From contig NC_092400.1 of NCBI RefSeq assembly GCF_030028105.1, positions 23,642,206 to 23,706,205 of the forward strand: a stretch of 64,000 nucleotides of DNA. The letters are read 5' to 3'. A program made the translations under genes and the position numbers. Below are positions 46,301-60,149 of the stretch, piece after piece (position 1 is the stretch's first letter; each line of letters begins with the position of its first letter). The notes under the pieces are model-generated. The model was not told where the DNA came from and made no database searches. It saw nothing but the letters and a program-made list of their open reading frames with translations. Source of the stretch: Mobula birostris. Taxonomy: Eukaryota.

Positions 46301-46839
46301 AATAAAAGCACAGCTTTTAGTTTTGTTCAGGAGAAAATGGCTTACATGAAAGGCTTCACAAATTGTTTTGTAAATTTAATGATGAAAAACCAGATAGGAT
46401 CACTTAAGTCAATATTAAACAGGTTTCCAAGATCAGAAATAATTACATTTTGTGGTAATACAATACAAACAAAAATTCGAACCATTGAGTCGCTGACCTG
46501 AAAGCTTCTGGCTTTTTTCTCCACAGATGTTAGGACTCCAGTATGTTGTTTATCTTCATATTTTTAGCATCTGTGGTATTGAAGCAAATGTCTTTTATTG
46601 GTGACTTCTATGGGATTACTTGCATAGGAAAATCAATAAAATTAACTCTACGCTGTATTTTTTCATTTTTGCCTAGTTTTTCCACTTGTATTGGAGTAAC
46701 TCTGCTGATTTCACAAACATTTTTGCAAAATGAGCAATTGTGAGGTAACTTCAGGAGGCCTCTTGGATCAACTTCCCATAAGTGTACATTAATTAGTACC
46801 CAACGAATAGAGCTCTGAGCGTGTCTTCTATTTATTTAG

Positions 46840-47090
46840 TTTTTCTGAGATACAGCACAGAGTAGACCCTTCTGGCCCTTCAAGCCATGCTGCCCAGCAA
46901 CCCCCCAGTTTAACCATAACCTAATCATAGTCAATTTACAATGATTGATTCACCTACCAACTGTGGGAGGAATCTGGAGCATCCAGGGGAACCCACAAGT
47001 TCACAGGAGAACATACAAACTCCCTTCAGAGGGCAATGGGAATTGAACTCGAGTATTGTAAAATGTGCTAAATCTAGGGTACTGTATTTT
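46840..47090 (-). mobile_element. tRNA-derived SINE
   Basis: Same family as 11430-11670. Confidence 0.7.
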
Positions 47091-47254
47091 AAGTTGGAGT
47101 ACAGTACCAAATGCCAGTATAATATGGGTTTCTGCACCTACCTATATATTCCCCCCAAACTAACATCTCCAGAATAATCATTTATCAAGTTATTCATCTG
47201 ATTATATTTTACATGCCAGAACTACACGGAAAATCAGCAAAAATAAAAATTAAA

Positions 47255-47470
47255 ACAAGCAACATACATAAAATGCTGGAGGAACTCAGCAGGCTAGGCA
47301 GCATCTATAGGGGGGAAAAATTTCAGTCAAAGTTTGACTGGAGTATTGGTGTGGACATTTGTTCAAAAGTACATATTCCTGTACTTTTTGCCATTGATGC
47401 TGCCTGGCGTGCTGAGTTCCTTCAGCATTTTGTGTATGCTTGGATTTCTAGCATCTGCAGATTTTCTCAT
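47255..47470. mobile_element. Penelope-like terminal fragments in inverted arrangement
   Basis: atgctggaggaactcagc...gcagcatc and its reverse complement about 100 bp apart. Confidence 0.7.
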
Positions 47471-50454
47471 TAATGAATTAAAGCAACTTGCTTTAGATAC
47501 AAGTTACTTTTCTTTTATACCAAGAATTTATTTCTTCAACTGTCCGTGTTCACGACTTAAGTGAGATTATAATATGCATAAGCCCTTTATAGATCATTTG
47601 CTTATTCAAAAATATTGTGCTGCATGGGGAATTTCTTTTAAATTTGATAAGATTAAGATGTTGCATTTTCGTACCTTCCAGTATTTTCTGTGCAAGTTAC
47701 TATTTTGCACTAGAGTAGAGCTGGATACTCTCAAAATGCAATTTTGAAAAATCAACATAATTGTTTTGTCCAATTTACTGTAGCACAGTTACACAAAACC
47801 TGTTCTGAGTCTAATTAAATGCAATTCCTTGAGACCTTTGTCCCAAAGTGTTGTAAGTACTAACCTTTAATTCTTTTTGTCTCCACACTCTTCCCAGCCA
47901 GTCCAGTAAGCATAATACATCTTTTATCAGTGACATCGCCAGCCCTTGTCACTTAGCCATAACTGTTCTTGAATTAGGTGCTTTATCAGGCTATTGCAGA
48001 GGATAATTAGAGGTCAACCTAATTTTATGAGACTGGAGAAGAAATCTGGTTCAAAGATTGTAGTGAGCAAGATGGGTTTCAAAATACTAGTTACTTGAAT
48101 GTATTAGCTGAATTTTTAAAAATTAAAGCAAGTTAAGTGTAAGATATTAATTCAGGTATTTCACTTTGCACTTCATAAAAGTTACAATAGACCAATCGTA
48201 TAAAACCAACTTTAATTCATTTGTTAACTTGTGTTTGAGGAAGCATTGGTTTAAGCTAATAACATTGGCATGTCTAAAATTTGTCATTAGTGTTTTCCAT
48301 AGAAGCTGGAATATCATTTTGAGGTAAGTTGATTTTATAGAATTGGCAACTTTAAAAAAAAAAAATACAGCTTCTCAAGGAGATAGTTTCACATGTTAGA
48401 GCTGGAGTTTTCATAAAGTTCCATTTGACTTTTTTTAAAAAGTGACTTGTCTTTGAATTTCTAAGAACATCAATTTCTCCATAACAATACCCATTGGAAT
48501 TACATACATAAAATTAGTTTAACAGGAATGAGATGCTTATTTAGCAAAGTAAAGTCTTAAAAATTTTCTTCAGCAACATAAAATTAAGAATTGGATTTCT
48601 TTTGCTGAATGTCATTGTTAAATGACTTCAGTACCCTAATTTGAGAGGATATACAAGCAATCTTTAAGAGTTCCATTCAGCTAACTCCTGTGATGAGAGA
48701 ATTGTCTTATAAAGAATATTTAAGATAATTACACGTGCTGTTTGGAGTTTAGAAGATGAGGGGGTGATCTTACTACTAGAGAATATAATTTCCTTTGATA
48801 GTGTGACAGTTTAATTGTTGACATGCTTTCACTGGTGGCACAAGGGGCATCATAAGGGAGTGATCTATGAAACAGGTACATTGGGATTTCTTTTGTGGTG
48901 TTGAATTTTCTCGAGTAATCTGGAAGCTGGATCAGTGGAGGTATTTAAAAGAGCAGCAGATAAATTTATAAAAAGATTGAGGTATTGAAGCCTATGTTGA
49001 ACTTGCATGGAAGATGAATATTTGCAGCTGTTATATTCAATGGAAGGCTGCTGATCATATTAAGTTCTCTGCAGGATAAGCTGTTGGACCCCAAGTACAT
49101 ACAAACACCAAATGGAAAATGTTAACAGAGGAGATGCATAGATCAAATGTACCTTTCAAAAGTGTTCTACTAATAGCTAGTGCCACTACATAGTTCGTCT
49201 AGAAAACAAAAGGTTTGCAATGGTAGGGAAAGTGTCTGGACTAACCCAAAATACTGTTAAAAATTTAAGACTCACCCAGATGCCTGCTCAGAACTAGAAA
49301 CATTAGTTATTCTGACCATCTTATTTTTATAGGGAGGGAACTGAAACTATTCATTTACTACCAACAGTATCTGTGTTTTATGAGCCACATACCAGTTGTT
49401 GGCATCTTTACTCTGAGAAGTGATCAGCCAAGCGTGTTTGGTGAGACTAAATACTGATATAAATTGTTATGCCATACTTGCATCACTGTATTGTCTTAAC
49501 ACAATTTCCCCCTGTACTCCAATCCACTTTTAACTGTTTGACTTATGACAATCACCTTTAAAACATACATTCCTTTTGCTGCTGATATACTTAACTTCTT
49601 CCAGTCAAAGCCAGAAACTGAAGCCCTTCCAGGCTTCCTGCTAAGAGCCTAAGCTGAGTTAGCAAATCACTTCTTATTTTCAGTTAATGATGAACAAGCG
49701 GCATCAATAGCAACTTAACCTATCATCTCACATTATCTACAATTTAAAAAGGAACTTTCAATCAATCAATTAGATAAAAGAGTTGAAAGAAAGGATTTAA
49801 TGAACCCTTTCACCCTGCCTATATGGGTTACCATTGCTACCAAAGTATTGTATGTCTGTATTTAATGATCTTGACCATTGCTAGTATTTTTGTCAGCTAT
49901 TTATTACAAACCTGTCTCTGTGTGTCTGCCCCTATAATGAAACCAAGTACTTCTAATGTATTTGTTCAAGTGTTTGTTTCTTGGTGGTACCTTCTCCACT
50001 TTAAAGGGTAAAGATTGCTGAGCACACACTGACTGAAATTCTACAATTTGCTCTACAGCTTGCTCTACCATTTAATATAAGCATGGCTGAAACCTTATTA
50101 CAATACCTGTGCTCCAACACCACTCCCATACCATCTAATGCCCTTTGTGTTGAGAAATATATATGCCTCTGTAATGGAGAATTCAATTCATTCACCAAAG
50201 GAATTTCTCAGTCCTAAATATATTATCACATAGCTGGATTCTGTGAACCAGAGTTCTGGATGCCACCACTGCCCGCAAGCCCAGCTGTCAGAAACATGTC
50301 TTGTTAATCTCTGTCAATAAGATCTCTTGTTCTTCCAAAATGCCAATAAATAGAAAAAGATCCAAGTTCTTTTCATAGGACAGTTTTGCCATTCCAGGAA
50401 TCAGGCTGGTAAACCTTCATTGCACTCTCTAAAGAAAATGTATCCTACGTTAGA

Positions 50455-50790
50455 TAGGAGACAATGGAGCAACATAGCAGTGCAGCAATCAGAGCTCATG
50501 CCTTACATCTCTGGTGAATTTCAGCCTGACCCCTAGTGCTAAATGCATAGAATGTGCACACATCTGCCATGGGTCTCCTCCACATGTGATTTCTTGGTCA
50601 CTTCATTGCTCTCACATCCCAAGTCGGTAGGTTAATTAGCCTTGGTAAGTCCCTCCCAATGTGTAGGTGAATGGGGGCCTCTGGAAGATTTGATGCAAAC
50701 ATCAGAATAGAATGTAACTGGGCTATAGGTGCTTGATGCTCAGCATGGATATGGTGAGCCGAGAACTGTTTCCATGCTATATAACTCAAG
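50455..50790 (+). mobile_element. Decayed tRNA-derived SINE
   Basis: Body ctcacatcccaag..ggtaggttaatt; CR1-like tail gggccga..tgtttccatgct. Confidence 0.55.
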
Positions 50791-50984
50791 GAGCAACAAT
50801 ACTCTAGTTATAGTCTCACCAAGACCGAATAATTATGACATTTTTCCCCCAATATTCAAACCAACTTGCAATAAAAGCCATGCTATCATGTGCCTTCTTA
50901 ACTGCTATATCTGCATGTTTGCTTTCTTGGACAGAAATACAAAGATGCCCCCCAGACCCACTGCACATCAACATTTCCCAAGCT

Positions 50985-51285
50985 ATACACACAAAGTGCT
51001 GGAGGAACTCAGCAGTGCTGCAGAAAATAAAGTGGGTAGAATTAGAGGGTGGGGGAGGGGAGAGAGAAACGCAAGGTGATAGGTGAAACTGGGAGGGGAA
51101 GGATGAAGTAAAGAGCTGGAAAGTTGATCGGTGAAATCTTTTTTTCTTCCAGTCCTGCTGAAAGGCCTCAGCCCGAAACGTCAGCTGTACTTTTTTCCAT
51201 GGATGCTGCCTGGCTTGCTGAGTTCCTCCAGCACTTTGTGTGTGTTGCTTGGGTTTCTAGTATCTGCAGATTTTCTCTTGTTTCC
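50985..51285. mobile_element. Penelope-like fragments in inverted arrangement
   Basis: Minus piece 50985-51135 and plus piece 51145-51285 with a hammerhead-like core. Confidence 0.7.
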
Positions 51286-53527
51286 CAAGCTATCACATTT
51301 AAAAAATACATTGCTTTTCTGTTTATTGCTTGCGGAAGTGGAAAACTTCACATTTATTCACATTATACTGCGTCTGCCTTGAATCAGTCAGGATGTTACA
51401 TTTTCTTACTCACAACATCTTTAAATTACCACACAGTGTCTTTGCACCCTCCTGATGACTCAATCCCATATGGTTTTGTGTTGCCAAATTTGAATTACTT
51501 TCAGTACCCTCACATTCATCATTGACATGCTGTATATTGTCAAATCTGGGGTGATCAGAGTCCCAAGAGAGATCTATAGATTCTGCAACAGGTTGAGCAG
51601 GCGGCCTTGAGCTAAGTTGTTGGGACTTTGCACATGGCTTCCATGTGCTCTTGTTGTTAAAACCTGAGGTGCTCAGAGCCGTCTCAGATACTCCTTCGCA
51701 AATGTAAGTGATCACAGAACAGGAATTCATACAAGTTAGTGAGGAGGTTTCATTTTGCAAGGAGGTGACTTTGCCTGGTTACTATGTAGCATGTATATCA
51801 TCCCATATAGAACATCACCTAGGTCTTGCCACTTGTGAACATGTTCAGTCACAACATCTAGAGGATTGCAAATGAAAATGAACACTCTGTAATCACCAAC
51901 ATTGCCACGTCTGATCTTATAATAGAGTGAAATTTATCCTGTTTCTAAATTCTCCATCTACAATAGCCCCCTCAATAATAATTCTTTATAACATTACCTA
52001 TGTCCTCTGAACTGGTGTACAGATTGTCACTCATTGCCAGCTACACTCAAGTCCTGATTGTTCTTAAAAATGCAATGGATTTTCCCTCATCCTCCCTAAC
52101 AATGCCATTTTGTGTCCCCATAATTACCCTATTACTTAAATAAATGATAAATATTCCTCCCTATACTTTCTTATGCTGGTAGGACCTCATATATTTTCAG
52201 TTCTATAAACCTGATTCCCACCCCGCATAGCAACTTGCCTCGTACGCAGTTCCCCACTACGTCAGAGAGGTGTGGAGGGAAATCGTACGCTAACCGGAGA
52301 AACTCCGGATGCAATGTACCTTTCCTTTCCTAGCTTCTGATTTGTCACTCAGAGGAGAAGCGCGAGTCGCTGATCAGGTGATCCCAAACCTCTGTTCTTT
52401 TCAGCACAATATTGATGTGGTTGGTCCAGATGAGTCTCTGAGTCAAATGCAGTCACCAAGATGAGGACTTGCAGTAGTCATTGAATGTTAAGAATGGGTG
52501 GTTAGATTCTTTCTTGTTGGAAATGGTTATTGCATGATGATCTTGTGACTTGAATGTTTTGACTGAATGTTGTCTAGGCCTTGCTGCATGTTGGCATAGG
52601 TTGACTCATCTGATGAGGAAAAATGAATTGTGCAATCTTCAGCAAACATCTTCAAACACAACCTTATGATGAAGGGAGGTCATTGATGAAAATGATTGTG
52701 CTCAGGACTCTACCATGAGGATTTCCTACAGTAAAATCCTGGGAATGGGAAGATTGATGAAACAGCTACAATCATCATCCTTTGTATGAGATATGATCCC
52801 AGCCATTGAGTTGTTCTCCCTTTGATGTTCATTGTCTTCAGGGCACCCCAATGCTACACTCAAATACTGTCTCGATGTAAAAAAGCAATTACTTTGAAAT
52901 TCAGCTCTTCATTCAGTGTTCGGATGAAGGCTGCAACTAGTCTGATGCTGAGAAGTCCTGATGAAATCCAAGACTTCTGAGGACCAGATCCCTTTGCAGA
53001 ACCTTGATTGTGTTGAGTAGGTTATCGGTGATTAAGTGCAATTTGGTATCACCATCTACTGTAGCTTCTATCACTTTGCTAATGATTACCAAATTTGATT
53101 TGGTGTTAATTAGCTGGATTGGATGTGTCCTGCTTTTTATGAATGGGGCATACCAGGAAAATTTTTCACATTGCTGGGTAAGTGCCAATATTGTACCTAT
53201 ACCAGTATAGCTTGATTAGAGGTGCAGCTAGTTCTTTAGGAAGTACCTAAAGGAAATAACAGCTGGGATCATCAGGGGTGGGTGAGCAGCTGGAAGTCAT
53301 GGTACATATTTGTACCAACGACATAGGTAGGAAAAGGAAGGAGGTCTTGAAGAGTTAGGTAGAAAGCTGAAAAGCAGGAGCTCCAGGATTCCTGCCTATG
53401 CCACGTGCCAGAGAGGGCAAGGATTGTATGATATGGTGGATAAATGTGGGGCTGAGGAATTGGTGCAGGGGACAGGGTTTCAGATTTCTGGATCATTGGG
53501 ATCTTTTCTGGGGAAAATATGACCTGT

Positions 53528-54158
53528 CTGCCAGAGAAAGCAGGATCTCCCAGTGGCCACACATTTTAATTCCACATCCCATTCCCATCCTAACATGTCT
53601 ATCCACGGCCTCCTCTACAGTAAAGATGAAGCCACACTCAGGTTGGAAGAACAACACCTTATATTTCGTCTGGGTAGCCTCCAACCTGATGGCATGACAT
53701 TGACTTCTCAAACTTCCACTAATACCCTACCTCCCCCGCCCCCCCGTACCCCATCCATTATTTATTTATATACACACATTCTTTTTCTGTCTCTCCTTTT
53801 TCTCCCTCTGTCCCTCTCACTATACCCCTTGCCCATCCTCTGGGTTCCCCCCTCCCCCATTTCTTTCTCCCTGGGCCTCCTGTCCCATGATCCTCTCATA
53901 TCCCTTTTGCCAATCAACTGTCCAGCTCTTGGCTCCATCCCTCCCCCTCCTGTCTTCTCCTATCATTTTGGATCTACCCCTCCCCCTCCCACTTTCAAAT
54001 CTCTTACTAGCTCTTCTTTCAGTTAGTCCTGACGAAGGGTCTCGGCCCAAAACGTCGACTGTACCTCTTCCTAGAGATGCTGCCTGGCCTGCTGCGTTCA
54101 CCAGCAACTTTGATGTGTGTGGCTTGAATTTCCAGCATCTGCAGATTTCCTCGTGTTT
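53528..54158 (+). mobile_element. Penelope-like element 3' part inserted in a CR1 ORF1 remnant (CR1 about 53270-54275)
   Basis: GIY-YIG C-terminal remnant VATHFNS...RLEEQHLIFRLGSLQPDGM; flanked by ACCTGT direct repeats (53522-53527, 54159-54164); the CR1 flanks rejoin as at 6952-6970. Confidence 0.85.
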
Positions 54159-55733
54159 ACCTGTACAATAAGGATGAGTTACAACTAAACATGAGGTCCG
54201 CCAGTATCCACACAGGCAGGATTGCTAGAGCTGTTGGGGGGGGGGGGGAGGAGTTTAAAGTAATTTGGCAGGGGGTTCCACCTTTTCTTCAGGTAGCCCT
54301 ACTGTTGTTGAGGATGTGGATGCCCTTGAAGTCTCCTTCATCTATTAGCTAGTTTATTGTCCATCGCCACCATTGAAACTGGATGTGATAGGACTGCAGA
54401 GCTTTGTTCTGATCTCATTGTGAAATCACTAATCTATTGCATGCATTTTCTATTGCTTGGTGTCCAAGTACCGTAGTCTTGTATTGCAACCTTAACTAGG
54501 CTAGTACTATGCCAACTTTAGTGATGTCTGTTGTTGCTTTTGGCAATCCCTTCACACTCATCATTGAATTAGTCTTGATTTGATGGTTTGGTAGTAATGG
54601 TAGTGTGAGGGATATAATGGGGCAAGAATTTACAGATTGTGGTGAATTACAATTCTATTGATAGTCTGCAGTGCCTCATATTTTGTCTAGTCTTGAGCAA
54701 CTAGATCTGTTCTTAACACTGTCTCACTCATCAGCACCAGAAAATGGGGGTCAGGGTCTCTTTAGAATCCCCCCATTTTCTACAAGTCAAAAGTGTGGCC
54801 ATCAATGCCTATATGAGCCTCACCTGCATGTCCTTTCATTGGCATTGTGGAATGCCTCTATTCCAAACCTACTATCTCAAGACTTTGTAAGAGTCAATCC
54901 TGCCATGCCATTTAATGTAGTCATCAGTGATTTACGGCAGTCTTCAACTCTTCTTCTGTGCCAGTTCCCAATAGCCCTCAATTAAATGATCATTCAAAAT
55001 GTGTATCTACTTCTTCCTTAACTATTTCTAATGATCTAGCTTCCACAGCTCTTTGGGGTTAGAGAACCCCAGAAATTCCCTCACCACCCTCTTTGAGAAG
55101 AAGACTTAATTCTGGCACCAAACCACACATTGGGGTGTGTTCTCCGTTCTTTGATGGGAGTTTGTTTCCACGAGAACTTTGCTGTGGGCACTTCCATAAT
55201 TGTCAGATGCACTGGCTTAGGGAGAATAAGGTCAAGGAGATTTACCCTCCATATTGTTCATTTGCAGTGTGGCAAATTTTTCATTCAAGACTCAGCAAGG
55301 TCAGTGATGGCAATACCAAGCTATTTTATGCACTTGGTACTTCCAGTAATTCTGATTTTTTTTTTAGTATGGAGGACAAGAAATTCATCAGCAGAGGGAG
55401 GACTATAGCTTGCAACCAAGGTTAAGTTTCCTTGCCAATGTTCAACCTGATGCCATACGACCTATAATATTGAGAAACCCAACTCTTGTCTATAAGCCAC
55501 TACACCACCAACTCTAATGGGGCTATCCTGCCAATGGTGCAAGACATACACAAGCAATGTAATGAAGCTGTCTGGTGCATTGACTACAAGGCATAATCTT
55601 ATGATACTACTACATCAGACCCGTGCATGCTTAGTCACAGTCATAGGGAACTACAGCATAGAAACAAACCCTTTAGCCTATCCGGTCTACACAGACCATT
55701 TACACAAATCTATCTATTATTCTCTCAACAATA

Positions 55734-56035
55734 GGCATCCATTAGTCTCATGAAACCATGGATTTGCACTTTCGAGGGTTTCCAGGGCGCAGGCCTGGGC
55801 AAGTTTGTATGGAAGACCGGCAGTTGCCCATGCTGCAAGTCTCCCCTCTCCACGCCACCGATGTTGTCCAAGGGAAGAGCATTAGGATCCATACAGCTTG
55901 GCACTGGTGTCGTCGCAGAGCGATGTGTGGTTAAGTGCCTTGCTCAAGGACACAACACGCTGCCTCAGCCAAGGCTCAAACTAGCAACCTTCAGATCACT
56001 GGATGAACACCTTAACCACTTGGCCACATGCCAAC
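55734..56035 (-). mobile_element. tRNA-headed SINE with a LINE-type tail
   Basis: Minus-strand head ggcatgtggccaagtggttaagg...agtttgagcc (A/B boxes); tail shared with 17930-18125. Confidence 0.8.
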
Positions 56036-56868
56036 ACGTATTCTCTCAACAATCTTAGCAATTCTCCATAGAAATTACCATAGCAGCGGTGGGATCACTC
56101 TCCCAATTTAGATAGCAATCCTGGGGTATTTGCAAAGGAGGGTTTTGCAGGGTTGGCTCGGTTGTGAGTGACTTTACCTTGGCCATATTTGTTGGCTAGG
56201 TGGACAATGGGCGCTCTGTCTAGTATCTCTGATAAGCATTGCAGTTGTGATGTAGTGTAGTTGCAACAGATACAAGATGCTGGGCCACCTCAGGAGGCTT
56301 CTTAAAGTCAACCACAAGAAGTCACATGCTATGCCAGGTAAGGATGGATGATTTCTTCCTTTCCAGGACATCGGTAAACCAAATAGGGTTTCATTACAAT
56401 TGAGATATCTTCACGTGGTCAGTGTGTCTGGTTGACATTTCTCCCAGAATTCAAGAGTATTAACTGGCTTTTAATTCCACACTGGTAGTGATGGGATTTG
56501 AACTCACACCGATAATTATTTGTCCAAATTTCCAGATTACTAATCTGGTAATTTAACCTCCACACCACCATCATTACCTTATAAATATCGTTGTTTCCTC
56601 AATAAATGACTATTAATGAATAACTGCCTGCTATTTCTCTTCCAGCCCTACAATGCAGCCAACATCCTAAGTGATCCTGAAAGTAAGAAATTCTGCTTTA
56701 AGTTAATAAAAATATTTACTGTGCTCAATCTTCAGTATCGTGTTACAAAAGGGAACGCCAAAATGAGTGTTAAGAAAAAAAAAATCGAAGATCTGAAAAG
56801 AAGAACATTAATCAGTCTTCAGCTGCCTAAATATATAGAAAATGTTTTTACATCCAACAGCCTCTCAG

Positions 56869-56901
56869 TGCATAACTCCGAATGAACACCAGATGGCGCT
56901 G
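56869..56901 (+). promoter_or_regulatory. Candidate CTCF site with upstream extension motif
   Basis: Core ACACCAGATGGCGCTG (56886-56901) with TGCA 13 nt upstream. Confidence 0.55.
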
Positions 56902-56959
56902 TTGTTCGCAGCTCATGCCCTTTGCAGTGAAACAACGCAAACTGAATACTAGCTTCTGT

Positions 56960-58180
56960 ACAAGATTCCAAGATAGCTTAACTGTCATTTCCAGTACTCA
57001 AGTGTGAAGGAGAATGAAATAATTGTTACTCCTGATCCGATACGGCATATAAAAACACGGTAATATAAGGAACACAATAATAAAAAAACAATAAATATAA
57101 ATACATAGGATTATATGTACATAAAGTGACACTAGATACAAGAGTGAAATTAGAGTTAGAAATATAATTTTATTTTTACATCCATTTCGCAACATAAGAA
57201 ATCTTTATATTGCGTCTCCGTTGCATGCACAAACAATAAGGAAGGGAAATTGGATATTGCCCAAACACCAAGGTTGTATACATAATTGTTTTATATATAT
57301 ATACACACACACACAAACAAGCAAATATGCAATCAGATCAATGTGTATTTATAAATCTGATGGCCTGGTGAAAGAAGCTCTCCCGGAGCCTGTTGGTCCT
57401 GGCCCTAACGCTGCGGTACCGTTTGCCAGACGGTAGCAGCTGAAAACAGTTTGTGGTTGCGGTGGCTGGAATGCCTGATGGTCCTCCGGGCCCTTTTTGC
57501 GCACCTGCTGCTGTAAATGTCCTGAACAGTGGGAAGTTCCCGGTCCACGGATTCGCTCTGCTGTCCGCACCACTCTCTGCAGTGCCCTGAGATTGAGGGT
57601 AGGGTAAAGCCAGTCAGGATGATCTTGATGGTGCCCCTGTAGAAAGTCCTGGGGATTTGGGGACTCATGCCCAAGATGTCCGAGATGAAGGGAGAGCTAT
57701 TGTGCTTTTTTTTCACCACACAGCCGGTATGCACAGTTTGGATCCTCGGTGATTTGTATACCGAGGAACTTGAAGCTACTCACCCTCTCAACTACAGTTC
57801 CATTGATGTCAACAGGGGCTAGCCTGTCTCCATTCCTCCTGTAATCCACGATCTACTCTTTTTTTTGGACATTGAGGTGGGGGTTGTTTTCTTGGCACCA
57901 CCAGGAAAGGGTGTTTACTTCTCATATCATTGCTGAAATAAGGCCTATCACTGTATCTGTACATAAGGGCGACTCTGACAGGAAATGATATAGTAGTGGT
58001 GGCGGGGGAGTAGGTTAGTGGGTGGAGGTGTTGATCACCCTTACTGCTTGGGGAAAGTAACTGTTTTTGACTCTGCTGGTCCTGGCGTGGATGCTACACA
58101 GCCTCTTCTCTGACGGGAGTGGGGGCAACAGTCCATGAGCGGAGTGGTTGGGGTCCTTCACGATGTTACTGACCTTTCTA
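56960..58180 (-). mobile_element. Cluster of nested Rex1/Babar-type LINE 3' fragments
   Basis: 57340-57600 is the reverse complement of the 2380-2630 family; similar pieces at 56960-57240 and 57960-58180. Confidence 0.75.
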
Positions 58181-60149
58181 CGTTACCTGTGGAACTCACA
58201 GCTGCAGTGCCAGTATACCAAAACAGTATCCTGCACTGACTTAGACGACGTTAATCAGTATATGATGCAGTAGTTGCTTTTAAGGAGGGACAATCAGAAT
58301 ACACCGACACTTGGGCTCTCCACATAATCAAGAAATCCAACAATCCCAGCCCTGGCCCGTCATCATTCAAAAATGGGAAGGAGCATTCAGAATGGTCAGT
58401 CCATGCAGCGGGCCGCACACAAAGCCCCCGGTCGGACCATCCACCACCCGCCGGCCCGTCGGGCACCTCCTGCCCCTTCTGAGGAAGCGTGTGCTGTTCC
58501 CACAGTCTTTTCAATTGCGGCCTCAGAACCCACAGAATTGCAATGATCAGCGTCCTTCCTAAGAAGGAACCAGTGGGTATCGCGCACCCCAAACCCTGCC
58601 TAAACCCGTTCCTTATTCCTGTGCATTTTTGTTATTGAAAGTCTCAGTTTAGTACACCCTTTACGAACATTAAATGACACTGGATTAATTCACTTTAACA
58701 GTGACCTGCCTCTATGCAATTAAAATGGTCTCAGGCCACAATCTTTCTCCTTTCTATTCCACGATATATTCCTCCCATTAAAAACTTAAATCCCTTCCAG
58801 CGGCGGACTTCAGCAGACATCCTGCAGAACACGCAGGGCCCTGTAGCCAGAGCTCGCTAAACGGCGCCCTACCGTCCTGAAGTTTGCTAACTCGACACAA
58901 TCTGCGGACCTCCCAGTCCTGCGTACTTCCGCAGTAAACTAGCGGTAATCCAGACACTGCTGCATTATTTCGCATCAATCGGGACTGCTCCGGAATTGTA
59001 AACTGTGCCCCCAGCCCTTGCAAATGAGTGAATCTGAAAACTCACCTACCCATCCCGACAAAACAACTAAGTTTTGCTGAGAAGCCCTTGGAAGAAAATT
59101 AATACCACCACTCTCTTTCATACACCGATTTCAATACTGATATGGTGTCGCGGGTAATCAATACTGCTTCAATTTATAAGTACAATTGGGACGAAGCGGG
59201 GCGCCCGCCCCGATACAAGTCCATCTAAATTTAACACTTGTCTAATGATGTAGCGATAGTCAGATATTTATGTCAAGTATGTATGTTGTATATTTAAGAT
59301 AATGACGTTTCCTTTATATCTTAATTTGCATCAATTCAGACAGGGTAATCTCGTGGCAATTGTCCCATGTTCTCGGTCTTTTTAAAGGCCAAATCCGCAT
59401 TCCCAGACTCCAGCCTCTGCTTAATACTCCATCTGTTCCTAGCCATCTGTGCACTATGGACTCTGCCTTCCCAATTATATTGCATTATTTAGTGTTATAA
59501 TGTTGTACATTATTGTCCATTTTTCTATTTATGATTTAAATTTTTAATATTTACTATCGATTTGTAATCCAGGGAGCGGGAGGCGCAGAATCAAATATTG
59601 CTGTGATGATTGTACGTTCTAGTATCAGTTGTTTGGCGACAATAAAGTATGAAGTACAATTGCCTACAGGCCAGTATCTAACTGAAAATGAAAGGCCCTG
59701 CCTGCCTTTCTCCTTCCAATACTGTTGTTTTCCCCCTCATTCTTAGCAAGCTCCCTTGAGCTAACGTCTGTATTTTCCATCTTCATAAAGTAAATGTCTG
59801 CAGTTTGTGTTATACCTTATGACATACAGCCAATCCTCACGGTACCAAATTAAGGCAACTCCCTTAAAAATATTGGCAAGCGCTGCAGTGGCGTTACTGT
59901 TCCCAGCAATTCAGTGAGGTAATGGGACTGTTGCAAATGATTTGCGGACCAATCTAGATCCCTGACACAGGATCAGCAAATTACATCACTGCAGATTTCA
60001 GGGCCAAAATATCTACGTGTTAACTAACAACGCGTTCACATAATTTAACTGTTTCTAACGGGAAGCTCGATTTTCTTTAACCTCGTCTTTGACAGATTGG
60101 TCGGCATTTGTTAACTTTGCACACACTCTCTCAGTTGGGCGTGTAAGAG

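Noticed and set aside
55920-56035. tRNA gene
   Set aside because: The A/B boxes continue into a SINE body and tail; no intact cloverleaf
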